Shown here piece by piece: positions 22,869 through 35,188 of a stretch of 64,000 bases of DNA. The notes beneath the pieces were generated by a model. It saw only the letters and a list, made by a program, of their open reading frames with translations. It was not told the origin of the DNA and searched no databases. Within the stretch, counting starts at the first letter, position 1, and every line of letters begins with the position of its first letter. The stretch comes from Lytechinus pictus. Taxonomy: Eukaryota. The position numbers and the translations under genes were made by a program. Where the stretch lies: NCBI RefSeq assembly GCF_037042905.1, contig NC_087251.1:17982001-18046000 (forward strand), given 5' to 3'.

Positions 22869-24386
22869 ATGACTTCGATCACAATGGAAGAACCTATTGA
22901 ATCGCTGCCTTCATTCGAGAGAAACGGAACGGATCCCCAAGGAAGGACTAGCGACACGAACGAGCAAGAGGAAGATACTGACAGTACGGTTAAACTGGAA
23001 CGTACCCTTGGAATTTTCGACGGGGTGATGGTGAATGTGGGTATCATGATTGGTACAGGGATCTTCATCTCACCAAAGGGAGTCGTTGCCGGGGTAGAGA
23101 GCGTAGGAGCCACCATCTGTGTTTGGGTGGGTGCAGGAATCATTTCCCTACTCGGTGCACTATGCTATGCCGAGCTTGGCACCACTATCTCTTCATCGGG
23201 AGGGACCTACACATACATCAGACATATCTTTGGAGATTTCGTCGGTTTTCTCAACTTCTGGGCAGACACGGTAATCGTAACACCATCATCCAATGCAGTC
23301 ATGGCCTTACTGTTTTCAATATACTGCCTTGAGCCATTTTACCCAGACCCGGATTGTCCACCACCTAAGATAGCCATATCCCTATTTGCAATCTTGAGCA
23401 TCTTGTTAACAATGTTTGTCAATTGCTGGAGTGTCAAACTTACTACATTGTTTCAAAATGTCCTTTCTATTTGTAAATTAATACCTTTGGGTATTTTAAT
23501 GGTCAGTGGATTGGCCAGACTTGGAATGGGACACACTGAACACTTCAAGGATTCATTTGCATCAACTGATATCACTGGTTTAGGAACAGCACTTTACTCA
23601 TGCTTTTTCTCATACGCCGGTTGGAATGCCCTTAACGTCATCAACGAAGAACTTAAAAATCCGTCAAGGAATCTCCCTATCGCCGTAGCCACATCCATAT
23701 TAATAGTAGGATTTGTTAACACTCTGACCAACGTTGCCTACTTTACTGCACTGTCCCCAACAGAACTACTAAGCTCCAATGCCGTAGCTTTTAGCTACGC
23801 ATATCAGGTCCTTGGAAGGTTTGCAGTTATCATTCCTATCACAGTTGTCCTGTCTACATTCGGATGTCTTAACGGATCCATTCTGTCATCATCCAGGGAG
23901 TTCTTTGCAGGGGCTCGAACAGGACACCTCCCAACTTTCATTTCTTACATCAGCATCAACCACAAAACCCCGACCCTTTGTATCATGATGACGTCGACCA
24001 TTACTCTTTGTTTCTGTTTCGTAGACAATCTTTTCACTCTAATCAACTTCTATGGCTTCATCAAGTGGTCATCCTTTGGACTGGCTGTCGCTGGTATGCT
24101 GGTGCTCAGATACAAAGACCCTAACAGACCAAGGCCTTTCAAAGTGAACATTATTATTCCTATAATATTTGTCTTAGTTTGTATTTTTATTGCTGTATTT
24201 GGATTTATAGGGGCGCCAATTGACACTCTGATAGCGACTGCGATCATAGTTAGTGGGATTCCTGTATATTTAATACTTGTCAAACTTGACCCTAAGATAA
24301 AATGGATGACGAAAGTTAAACGAAAGACAACAGTGTTCCTGCAGACAATCTTGCTCGTTACATCCGAAGAACATAAAGATACTTAA
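22869..24386 (+). CDS. SLC7 family L-type amino acid transporter light chain (b0,+AT / y+LAT / xCT-like), intronless CDS, 505 aa
   Basis: Motifs IGTGIFISPKGV, GALCYAELGT, FSYAGWNALN, EELKNPSRNLP, GARTGHLP and RPRPFKV. About 12 hydrophobic segments. The extracellular Cys in PFYPDPDCPPP is the heavy-chain disulfide position. Confidence 0.95.
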   Translation: MTSITMEEPIESLPSFERNGTDPQGRTSDTNEQEEDTDSTVKLERTLGIFDGVMVNVGIMIGTGIFISPKGVVAGVESVGATICVWVGAGIISLLGALCYAELGTTISSSGGTYTYIRHIFGDFVGFLNFWADTVIVTPSSNAVMALLFSIYCLEPFYPDPDCPPPKIAISLFAILSILLTMFVNCWSVKLTTLFQNVLSICKLIPLGILMVSGLARLGMGHTEHFKDSFASTDITGLGTALYSCFFSYAGWNALNVINEELKNPSRNLPIAVATSILIVGFVNTLTNVAYFTALSPTELLSSNAVAFSYAYQVLGRFAVIIPITVVLSTFGCLNGSILSSSREFFAGARTGHLPTFISYISINHKTPTLCIMMTSTITLCFCFVDNLFTLINFYGFIKWSSFGLAVAGMLVLRYKDPNRPRPFKVNIIIPIIFVLVCIFIAVFGFIGAPIDTLIATAIIVSGIPVYLILVKLDPKIKWMTKVKRKTTVFLQTILLVTSEEHKDT

Positions 24387-25719
24387 TATATCCCTCACTG
24401 AAAAAGATTACGCCAATTTTTTTCAATTTAGATATGCCTTTTGCAAAACTGTAATCTCCTTTCCCCTTCCTTAATTGTGTTCTCTGTAATATTTATCAAG
24501 ATATTATACTGTTAGTGTTTCAACGAGTTCTGGATCAAGACAAATACGTTGTTCTTGATCCAGAAATAAATGCAATTCGATGCATGTTTTTGTAATTGCT
24601 ACAAAAAGTTTACTTTTAATGTTTACTTTCAAAATAATAATTCAGTTAATAATATTACTAATTTCTTGTCGATTGTAATAACGGGTTTTCTGTAAAATTA
24701 TACCAGAAACTTGGATGTCCTGGTCACCTGTAATTAAATTTTGGTAAGTTTATTAAAATCATTATGATAGAGAATCAGGTAGAGATGGTGCCTTTTTTAA
24801 TTAAAAGTAATAAAAATGACTTTGTCGGGAATTATATATACAGGTATTTAAAAGATTGATAATCATATAATCGGACGGTAGTTGCATTTTATGACAGCCT
24901 AGCATTGGTATTACATCATTCATAGATTTGTATTATCAAACTCTAACACACTTGGAAATGACAAGGGAAAAATTATTACTGGCATTATTGTGAAAGAAAA
25001 TTATGAAAATACATGTTTCATTTTTCAATTTAAAACCTTAATTTATTTTCCACACAAGAACTTTTTCTCCAGAACTTATATCGGACATTTTACAATTTTG
25101 TATATAGTATGTTAGGTGTAACACGATAGTGCGATATATATCCCAAGACAATGATCGTGAAAGCGCACCGATTTAAACAAGAAAGAAAGACCTAAAACTT
25201 AAAGAAGAAATCAATCCTATATAACAACACAAATCCAAATTATGGGCATGATCACGATTAGTTACGCAAAAGAGAGAGCCGATAATAGATGATCGTATAT
25301 TTCTGTTAGTATATAGATTTGACGATTTTATGACAGAGAGAATCCCAACCCCTTTGTAATAGATCATCGTAATGATAATTTTACATTTTCGATGAGGATT
25401 CAATCAAATCAAGTTTAACTTGAGATTCACACTTATACATGTTATAGTCAATATTATATCTCCTTGTTCATGCGCAGTAAGGCTGAAATATCCATGGACG
25501 AGAAAGCTAAAGATCCGTTGTTGGTGGAATGAATTATGATATTTCAGGTGTTATTTACTAGTATTTAGAAAATACAAAATATAAAGTGCGTGAGTGATGC
25601 AATTAGTTCTCTCATTCGCATATTTTGCATTTTTTGTATTCATAGTTTTAGCATCCTCCATTCATGCAGAAATCCATCAGTCAGAGCCTGATAATTTTGC
25701 TTTAAGCAGGATTGTTCGT

Positions 25720-26190
25720 AATGGATACCATGCGTGACCATTGGGTTTCGAAAAGCACCCTAAACAAGTATTTTCCATGTTCTGAAAATGCATTTTGGCA
25801 TGTTAAATCCTATATCCTTAACAAGTATTGGAAACAAAACGGTACCCTTGACAAGTATTCCCTGACTTGACCCCCTAAACAAGTACAATGATATATCTTA
25901 ATTGTTATGTTACGGACGTGATCACGGACGTCGGCTTTACCTTTACTCTCTTGGGGCATAAAGTACATCCTTTGTAAAGTATTTCAGTGTTTTTATAACC
26001 TTGCACATTGGTCCGTAAACACGTAGTTTTCCTTGCGAAATTTATACCCTTTCGTCATTATTTTAGTGTTTTTGACACCCTTATTACGTGACGTACGTAC
26101 CGTGCCCTATCTTGAAAAAGAGATCCTTTTCACGTGTTGTTTTTTTCGTCACGCATGGTATCCATTCGTCAATGGAAGTGCCCCCCGTGG
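25720..26190. mobile_element. Degenerate copy of the CCCGGG-terminal MITE family (see 43531-44110)
   Basis: GGATACCATGCGTGACCA...CGAAAAGCACCCTAAAC, with the inverted end CGCATGGTATCCATTCGTCAATGGAAGTG. Confidence 0.75.
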
Positions 26191-26429
26191 GGTCTGCCCT
26201 CATTTTTCATGCACTCCACATATACTTTGTTATACACACATATTATTAAATTTTCTCCGTATTTATTATTGAAATTCTAACAATACATATTAAAAAACGG
26301 TCCGATAACAGTACAACATTGTGTATTATTTTTGCGGTTTTATGACCAGAATTAGTCTGGCTACGATATTATTATAGACTGTACAATCAAGATCACATCT
26401 TTTATATCTACATTCTTTTTCAAAACCTA

Positions 26430-27195
26430 TGAATAAAACATAAACGAGCTACATGTATACAACGAAACGATTGCTAAATTTATATGATCGATGGATTGGG
26501 ATGATTGTGGATTGCTGTTTTTCCTGTATTTTATGTACAGAGTCATTGGATCTAGTTATTCATAATTGTAAACATACAGTCATATTTACCCATAATTGTA
26601 AACTTCTGCTATGTTTCCGGCTGATTCAGAACATGGATACTTCTAAAATAGTTTAATACTACTTGAACATCAGTCCATTAACATGACTGAAATTTGTCTT
26701 GTATAATGAACAGATTCTATGAAATCTTAAAGATTTGTCTCCTTTTAACGAATCTGAACTATATTTATCTTATGAATGCATTTGATTTTACTGAATGTGG
26801 TTTTGGAGGGATACCTTCATGACAATTGTTATAAAGAATTTTGATATTTGATCTTGAATGTCTTCATTTTAACTGGAAAATTTAGTTTAAGTCTGTAAGG
26901 TTTATATTTTTGCACACTCATTGCAGCACTTTTTCGTACATTGATATCATATCTAACTATGACGTGTTTTATGTATCATCTACTCTGCTGATATTGTCAC
27001 GTTTGAAGAATCACTGTCAAGAATTTTAGTCAATATTAATCCACCTAATAACGAAATATACCTGTTAGGTGATTTTAATATTAATTTACTAAATTATGAT
27101 ATCAATTATAAAACTAATCATATTTGGATACCCTGTTCATATGGTTTATTTCCAAATATTAGTAAACCAACACTGTAACTAGACATTCTGCAAAC
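26430..27195 (+). pseudogene. Degenerate CR1/L2-type LINE endonuclease fragment
   Basis: ~27050-27190 reads NEIYLLGDFNINLLNYD and ...GLFPNISKPT, typical CR1 EN motifs, with frameshifts. Confidence 0.65.
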
Positions 27196-27408
27196 CATTT
27201 CGCATGCGTTGATTATGTACACAGCATGTATACGTCTTTTCTTTTGTTTACTCCTACACAAACGATATGCCTCTCGCACACAATGTGTGGGCATTATGTT
27301 TTACTTTCCACATAAATGGGGATTAGATTCGAATTCCCGGGGGGACAACTTCCATTGATGAGTGGATACCAGGCACGACCATGCGGTTTCGAAAAGCACC
27401 CTAAACAA

Positions 27409-28331
27409 TAGCCTCTTGTCGAGGCCCTGGCGGCTGCTTCCCGAGCGAAGCGAGGGGTTCCCTAATTCGCGAAGCGAATTAGGCCTGGCGCGAGCCAGGG
27501 CCTCTTGACATCTGAACTGAATTATATATTCATGAGGAACGTCTTCCTAATGAATATACATGAGTCATGATATTACCGGTCACCGAGTAAGCCAATGAAA
27601 TGTCAGAGCTGTTTCGTTTTGGGTTCGGAATACTATATAGTATAGTAGTCCATTATTCGGCAGGGGATTAATTTAATTGCGGGACACTAAAGGGGATATA
27701 ACCAGCAAAATGCTACAAGCTAGTAGTGGTACTACTACTACTACTACTACTACTACTGGCCGTAACAGACCCATCACCGCCCCGAAACTTCCCGGGAGAT
27801 ACTGCTCAGCCGCTGGTCAGACTCGAGTCAACTCCACCCCAGCTTCCCTCACTGCACTGCACAGCGGAGATCGATAATCGACGCCCCGGTTCGACCGGTG
27901 GAATCGCATGAAATATTACATTTTTTCCATATCCTGTGGGTAGATTTACAAAGACATCTCGTCCTTTCAGTGCAGAGTTAATTTCATCGACTTGCAAATC
28001 CTTAAATCGGTCAATATTCATCATTTTAGAGTCATATTCAGCGCTCTTTGATATTTCGTCGTCACTCTTCGCCAAGAATCCAAGGGTCGCCATTCAAGAT
28101 GAGCTCATGAATATTAAATATGAGGTCATAGCAGCTCGCGCTCTCATTGGATGATTTTCACCGACCAGTTTTTGGTCGGTGAATTGGTAAAAACAATAAA
28201 AAACAAAAGAAAGTCGGTGAAATTCGGGTCAGATGTCCAGAGGCCCTGTCTCGCGGCGCTCTGCTTCGCTCTCTCCCTTGCTTTGCCATGTTCGCTCGGA
28301 AAGCAGCCGACAGGGCCTCGACAAGAGGCTA
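27409..28331. mobile_element. Non-autonomous AcademH-like DNA transposon retaining a RecQ-helicase 5' fragment
   Basis: Perfect 21-bp TIR TAGCCTCTTGTCGAGGCCCTG / CAGGGCCTCGACAAGAGGCTA. 9-bp TSD CCTAAACAA at 27400-27408 and 28332-28340. The minus-strand ORF has FKDLQ...ALKGRDVFVNLPTGYGKN. Confidence 0.8.
27806..28093 (-). pseudogene. RecQ-like SF2 helicase N-terminal fragment (Q motif + motif I)
   Basis: FKDLQVDEINSALKGRDVFVNLPTGYGKNVIFHAIP matches the RecQ motif 0 and Walker A pattern. Homology ends shortly after, and there is no DExH motif. Confidence 0.8.
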
Positions 28332-28915
28332 CCTAAACAAGGGAAGCAAGGCTTTTCCAGATTATGAAAATGCATCTCTTAACAAGTATTTAGCTTGTGA
28401 AACCCTACAAGTATTGAAAACATATCCTCTTTTTCAGTATTTTAAACATCGTTTTTGACACCCTTCTAACGTTACATAGGCCTATACGTAACGTACTTGC
28501 CCACTCTTTCCCCTTTTACGTGTGGTCGCGCCTAGTATCCACTCTTCAATGGAAGTGCCCCCCCCCCCCCCCCCGGGCGGCCTCGAGCTCTGGGAGGAAC
28601 CAAATGTGGCTTTGGAAAGTCGTCCTAGATCGGATATATCGCTGTTACCATAGTAGCAACCAGAATTTTGCACACGAAACGCATATTGAATGTTTCCGTT
28701 GCAGATGCGAAACGAAAAATAATCTCATGTCACACAATTTGCATTGTAGGACAGAGTTTTACGACCATGACGACGGGCCCAAAAGTCTCTTCCAAAATCA
28801 ACTTACGTCGTAAATAAGCGTTCGCGTTCTCCAACGAAAGGTCGGGAACAACCCCTTGTATTGTAGCAGTACCTTGATCGATATTATTTGTGTTTCTAGT
28901 TCAATGGTAACGGTT

Positions 28916-30933
28916 ACACTTCGTAATTCCGAAGATTCGTTATTCCGAAGGTTCGTTATTCCGAAGGTTCTGAAACACGTAAATTGCCTATACCTCGATG
29001 TTTGTTAATCCGAAAACGAAAAAGGGTTCGTTAATCCTTTTGTGGCGTTATTCCGAAGGTTCGTCAGTCCGAAAATGAAATAAGATTCGTTGTTCCGAAG
29101 GTTCGTAAATCCGAAAACGAAATAAGATTCGTTGTTCCGAAGGTTCGATAATCCGAAAACGAGATATGGTTCGTTGTTCCGAAGGTTTGATAATCCGAAA
29201 ACAAAATAAGTTTCTTTATTCCGAAGGTTCGTTAATCCGAAAAATGAAATAATCGTTGCTGTTCAATTATCATGAGGATGGGGAGGCAAAAGAAGGGCGG
29301 CGGAGCAAATTAGAGTAATTAAGTAGAGCAAAGCCATTTTGAAGTGATTTCTGATTATGGTAAGATATATATAATATATAGGCCTTGTGGAAAAAAAATT
29401 CAAAGCTGATGTTAATTGTATAACTCGTTTTTTGGTCAACTGTCAATAGGGCATCTTTGGAAGGTGTTGCGAGCGTGAATCGCAAGCTCAAACTTTTGGA
29501 CATTTCAATAAGAAATGAAGATAAAAAATTCTGAGCAGTTTTTGCAATCATTAACAAGATGTGCATCTAACTGAATAATTAACATGAGCGCGAAGTGCGA
29601 GCTGAAATATACTGACCAGAAAAGGAACCTGTTAAGGACTGCGTTTAGTGACTCATGATTAGGATACATCGAATAATGCGAGTGCGAAGCGCGCGCTAAA
29701 AATATATTCCAGCCTGAAAACTGGACATTCTAAGCCTTTTTATAACCGGAAACGGTGAGTACCTTACTAAACAATAACTGATAATAATAACCCCAAAATT
29801 AGGGATTTTCTAATCTAAAATGTATACTTTAAAAAGGGTATTTCATTTCGAAAAATGTATTTCGAAAAATGGCACATTTCATTTTGGAAAAAATCAAGGG
29901 AATTTCCAATTTTGAAATTGGTATTTCGTTCCTACGTTAATTTTTTTTTTGGGGGGGGGGTGCGAGAAGCGCGAGCTTAAACTATTTGATATTCCGATCT
30001 GAAGAAAGAGTAAATTTCAGCTCTATTTTTCAAGCACTTTGTAGGAAAATTGTGAGGTGGATATGGATCGCACTTAATAAAGAGCTGATATTTTTTAATT
30101 ATTATTACTTTGAGTTTTAACATAGGACCGGGATATCCTTAGGACATGCATATGAAAATGATTACTATCTTCCTAATAGGAATAGTATTCCTCTTGCCAA
30201 GTGCGATATAAAAAAAGGGGACAATTTAATTATTAGATTAATATCTTATTCATTAATGCTTAATGAGGGCACGAAATCTGATGATAATATGGCCTGAAAA
30301 CTGGACATTTCAAGCACTTTTGTAATTATAAATAGGATGCATCAAGTTAATATATTTTAACCATTAATGCGATCGCAAATCGCGAGCCAAAATTTTTGAT
30401 AAACTGTCATGAAAAGGGGATTTCAAGTAGTTTGTTGTATAATCAATATGAGACATACATAACTCGCCAATCAAAATGCGAGCGTGCAGCGCTAGCTGAT
30501 ACGTTTTGACAATCAGACCTGAAAAGGGATATTTTGAAAAATTTATGGAATACACGAAAATAATAGGTACCTGACAAATCAAATCAGCAGAAAATGTTTA
30601 TATTCAGACCATAAAACAAATTTTTTTACAGAGCACTTTTTAAAAATCAATTTGTAAATCAAACAAAACAATGAAAGTTCGATTTCCGAGGTAAATATGT
30701 TTTGTATATTATTCCAAACTTGATATTTAAACTCCATATTGAGCAAGATATGAAAGTCACCTAACAGGCAATGTGAGCGCGAAGCGCGAGCGAAAATTTT
30801 ATATAGTGACATGAAAGATTCTTTTTATTTTCCAAGTCCCCCCTTTCTTTTTCCCCCTTTTTTTCTTTCTTTCCTTTTTTGCTCCGCCAATAGGGGGGGG
30901 GGGGGCACCTCGGCCCCCCTGGATCCGCCTATG
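28916..30933. mobile_element. Second copy of the TTCCGAAGGTTCG composite repeat, fused to a GCGAGCGCGAAG-type hAT MITE
   Basis: Array of ~40-bp subrepeats at 28916-29250. The interior matches 14886-16560. The region ends with GGATCCGCCTATG. Confidence 0.7.
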
Positions 30934-31289
30934 CAACCTACCAATGCGCTCACATCTGTGCACCATTTTGTACAGTATACGAAGGGCAATAAACTAATTC
31001 CCCATAAACGTTGCCCTGGGAAGCGTGGGTGTTGATTGGGGAATGACCCCCAAGATTTTTCAAAATTAGGTTATAATGAGAGAGAGATTTAAACCAAATT
31101 CTTTTTTCTTACCAAAATCGCATATGAAGCTATAGTTTTGTGTAAATTTCGTGTATTTTCCTTATCGTCAAAACTGCTATTTTTGCTATTCTATATACAA
31201 GTAGGTTTTAATATGTATAGTTTGAGTATACTCGTTATCTTTCTTTCTCTCTTTCTTTCTTTTTTTCTTTTTCTCCCACTGGTCAATGC

Positions 31290-31444
31290 ACCTTATATAC
31301 TTCGGATACTGCTGTAAGTGTAATTTTTCGGATGGCTAAATCAACGACGAACGAAGAGAGAGCTAGAGAGGGCAGCAACACACGGCTGCTTCGAGATTGT
31401 CGTGATTAAATTCAGAAGTCCTTACCAACCAAAACGAGATCGAG
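31290..31444 (+). promoter_or_regulatory. Candidate promoter and non-coding first exon
   Basis: Unique sequence that follows a pyrimidine tract and ends in a strong donor GAG|GTAAGA (31444/31445). A CpG-rich stretch with palindromic GGCGCGGCGCCGCGCC follows at ~31645. The start position is approximate. Confidence 0.5.
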
Positions 31445-32410
31445 GTAAGAATATACTCCTTGTTTCTTTATTATATCTGTTGACAATTTTGTACTCTTTA
31501 ATGGTACGTTTATATTAATTTTGAGGATATATTTGGCAGTATTTTTTTTACCTGCAAAATAAATAATTCCTAATCCAGCTTGCGTCAGCTTCGACGCTTG
31601 AAATTGAATGGACTTGTTTGAGCCTGGCTTGAGTGCAAGCCAAGGCGCGGCGCCGCGCCTGGGCTCGCCCGTCCCCCGGCGGACCAGGACAGGAGGCTCC
31701 TAGGCTAGAGTAGCCATGAGGCTCTAAGAGAGTAAAAATCATGGCGCTGATGCAGTTTCGCACCGGCCGATTACCAGCATACCTCATCACCAATACTTTT
31801 CCCAAATGTCATGACCAGTCTCTCAGTCACATTTCAAGGTCAATAGACAATATACCCACCTCTTTTCCAAATATCGCGATCATTTAGTGATTTACTAAAC
31901 TATTTTACTTAGCCAGGCCTACTAGTAGGATGGGGGTTCGGGTGTCCGGACACTTTATATTTTTGAAGCCTTCTTTTTTTGTCTTTGGATTACACTAAAA
32001 TATGAATTCAATAGTTGTAATCATCTTCTATTTTGTTCTCTATAATATTTCCTAACACTTTGTACTAAAAATTTATGAAACTTAGCTTGTAAATTTTTCC
32101 AAATGACTTTCTAAAATTGATCGTCCGGACACACAACCTGTCCGGACACACAACAACTGGGTATACTACTGCCACTGGTAATCCTGCCTTCCTGGGTTTT
32201 CAGTAACCCAGGGAGCCCAGGGGCTTACCGTGTATTTGACCATACTCACGGGACTAGCGTGATTTATGGTTTAAATATATCTCCAAATGAATTGTGAAAA
32301 CAGAAATTATGCACTTACCATGATTATAATATATGGATGAAGGTCTAATGAGTGGCAGTCTCCTGACATCGAGGCACAGACTGAAACCTCAAAAAACGAA
32401 AATTACTCTC

Positions 32411-32485
32411 CTTCTACCCCAGTCTCGATCGGCCATTTTGTTATGTATTCATAACAAAAATAGCCGATCGAGACTGGGGTAGAAG
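32411..32485. repeat. ~75-bp near-perfect palindrome (tiny MITE-like)
   Basis: CTTCTACCCCAGTCTCGATCGGC...TTTTGTTATG / CATAACAAAA...GCCGATCGAGACTGGGGTAGAAG. Confidence 0.85.
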
Positions 32486-35188
32486 AAGAGGGGGGTGTCC
32501 CCCCTCCCGCGCGCGGTAGCTATAGAAAATATCAATATTGACGAGCTTAGATTGCTGCTAAATGCACCAAATTTCATGTCTATTTAATGCTTCTCCGGCC
32601 AAACAGCCGTAACGGTTGCGCGAATAGGATTGAAGCAGAAAGGCAAGTACTGATGAAAAAGCTAGGTCAAAGGAAATGATTTAAATTCAGTCTCATTTTA
32701 TACTTACAGTTTATAGATTTATTCACATCAGTGACATCGATAAACGTACTCCATACTTTCCAATGTCTAGATCACTACGTCCTTTATAGAAAGTTCGATT
32801 AATTTTGTGAATGTGTGTCAATGACCGACTACATCTACGGACCGCAAGCGTAGCCCTTTGAGCTTGCGCCGCGACATCACGCCCTTAGTAAATCCAAAGA
32901 TTGTTCCTACTTTATTTGGACGCCTCGGAAGAAAACTTCCGAGGCTTCCAAATAATGGGCATCGGTATTCATGAGACGGGGTCCCCAACTTGTATAATTT
33001 GCATGTTTGTTTTGTTTTCAGATACTCACTGAAACTTTAACTCTCTTTTAAAGACTTCTGTTGATGATGTTTATACTAATAATATCCAATCAAGATTCGT
33101 TTGTCACTGTCAATTATTGCTATGTTCATTTGTATTGTTCTATACTCACCTATAAAATAATGAATGTGTCCATCACGAGCGGGAGAAATATTTTTAGTCA
33201 TTCATAATACTTTAATCTTACGATTTTGTTCTTATTATAATTAATTGCGATTTAAAATGTTTTGAAAGTAAAGCTTAATTGACGGGAAAGCAGATTTCTA
33301 TTTTTAAATAATGCACCATGTAGGCCTACAAATACAGCGTGTGTGAAAGAGAGGAAGAGGGGGGGTTGTAGTTAGGATGGTCGAAGGGAGAGAGCGAAAG
33401 GGGAGGGGTCGTGGCGTGGACAATGACAAGGGGATGTTGAGATCGTACGTGTGTGTGGGATTGGTAAAGAAGGCAATATTCGAAGCGAATGCATATTTAT
33501 AGACATGTCTATACTACTACTGATGATGACGGCTGAATAATCTTTCTTAACATGTATATTTTGGCGATTTTGAATTTTAAAAATATTTCCTTGCACCATG
33601 AGTGGGAAGATCGAGGTACGTGATTCACTAAATTGCATCAGTTTTTAAGTCACAGAAATTCACGAACAGATTATTAAAAATGAAAAAAAAAAAGAGTCAG
33701 AAAGATCTTCTTAATTTTATAGCCCCCATCCAGTGTAAACAACATGAAGAATATTTGAGGTCACGAAACCAGCTGATTCGCATTCAAACAATAGGTTAAC
33801 AGGTCACGCACATGGCACACAGTCATTCCAAGGGCGGGAATTCGGGGAAACCCGTTTTCAAGCACAATGATTGGCTCAACCAGAAAGTGAATACTAATTA
33901 GATCACGTGCCATCGGCTTTGGGGCGTCTCGTTCACATTCCAACTCATTTCATAAATATCATCCATCGCAGTAATTAGGCTAACGACGTTGTAAAGATAA
34001 CTATATAAAACACAATTCCGATGTAAAACATATAAAGACAGAAGTGAAATTGAAAAATTCATCCAACGATATTCAAATTATACTAGCAACTCATGTGGGC
34101 GTGAACAAACGAAATATATATCCTCTAAAACGTTCACACATATCAACTTCAATAATTCGTACTTGATATGCAGGGGCCGCGGAAAGGTTTTGAAAGTGGG
34201 GGGGGGGGGGGGTTGACCATGCAAAAAACACAATCAGGTGGTCCATTTTATGTTTTTGTACACGGTTTTGGAAAAAAAGTGGGGGAGCTGAAGCCCACCC
34301 AGCCCCCCCCCCCTGTTTCCGTGGCCCCTGAAATGAATATCTGTGAATGAATTGTCAATTCCACTTGGTTGAATGTGTACTTCTATTGAAATCTATTGAA
34401 TCACGTACCCCTCCCGACCAAGGGTTGATTTTCCAATCGCCATAAAGGTTTGCAGCCAGCAATCACAGTAGACACATCCATAAATGAATATTAATTTAAT
34501 TTGCTCCGAACATTGACTTAATTCTTTTCGCCAATCCCCTCCCCCACAAACATCTCATCATTTTCATTTACATTGCTCACGACCACCTCTCATTATTCTC
34601 TTTCTCCTTTACACAAATTAATTTCAAATAATATTTTATTTTAAATCGTAGTTGTTACCGGGAGTTGTTAAGCAATTATACAACAAATTCATGAAGCATT
34701 CACTGTGATGACTAAAAACATTTCTCAGGACCGTGACAGGTGCTTTCAATATTTAATTGGCAGGCAAAGAGTAATAAAAAACAATACAAATGAAAATACA
34801 CTGTACGTATAACTCACATTCAAAATGAGTCGTAATATGATAAAAAGTGTGAATAATAAATTAATATTAATAAAGATTATTACTTATGAAAATTATAACA
34901 GATTCAATGAATATCTGAAAATAAAAAAAAAACATTCCAATTAAATCAGTTTTGGATCCCATCTAATTTTGGAAGACTCGGATCCCCGCGGATCAAGGAT
35001 TTCGATGCCATGTGCGATTTGTATTCTGTATGTGGCCGTGGCGAGCGCGAGTGCAGTGACACAGAACTTGGTAGACGCACCGTCGCGAAATTAATCAACA
35101 CTTTCAAAAGATCGATGTAGAGATCAAGACTTTGGAAATTATGGAGTAAAATTGGAATATAAATGTGAATAAATCATTTTGCTGTAAG

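Larger units (their letters stand above)
27336..28577. mobile_element. CCCGGG-terminal MITE hosting the AcademH-like insertion
   Basis: TIRs CCCGGGGGG..ACTTCCATTGATGAGTGGATAC / GTATCCACTCTTCAATGGAAGTG(C)nGGG. Confidence 0.8.

Noticed and set aside
22820..24283. Antisense and alternative-frame ORFs overlapping the SLC7 gene (likewise those within the LINE and GPCR)
   Set aside because: These are shadow ORFs of the real coding sequence with no independent motifs.
27806..28093. Host RecQ helicase gene exon
   Set aside because: It is enclosed by TIRs and a 9-bp TSD, is truncated after motif I, and no other helicase exons are visible.
28916..29250. CRISPR-like array of TTCCGAAGGTTCG repeats
   Set aside because: The intervening segments are themselves repeated. 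This is a transposon subterminal array also seen inverted at ~16585-16778.
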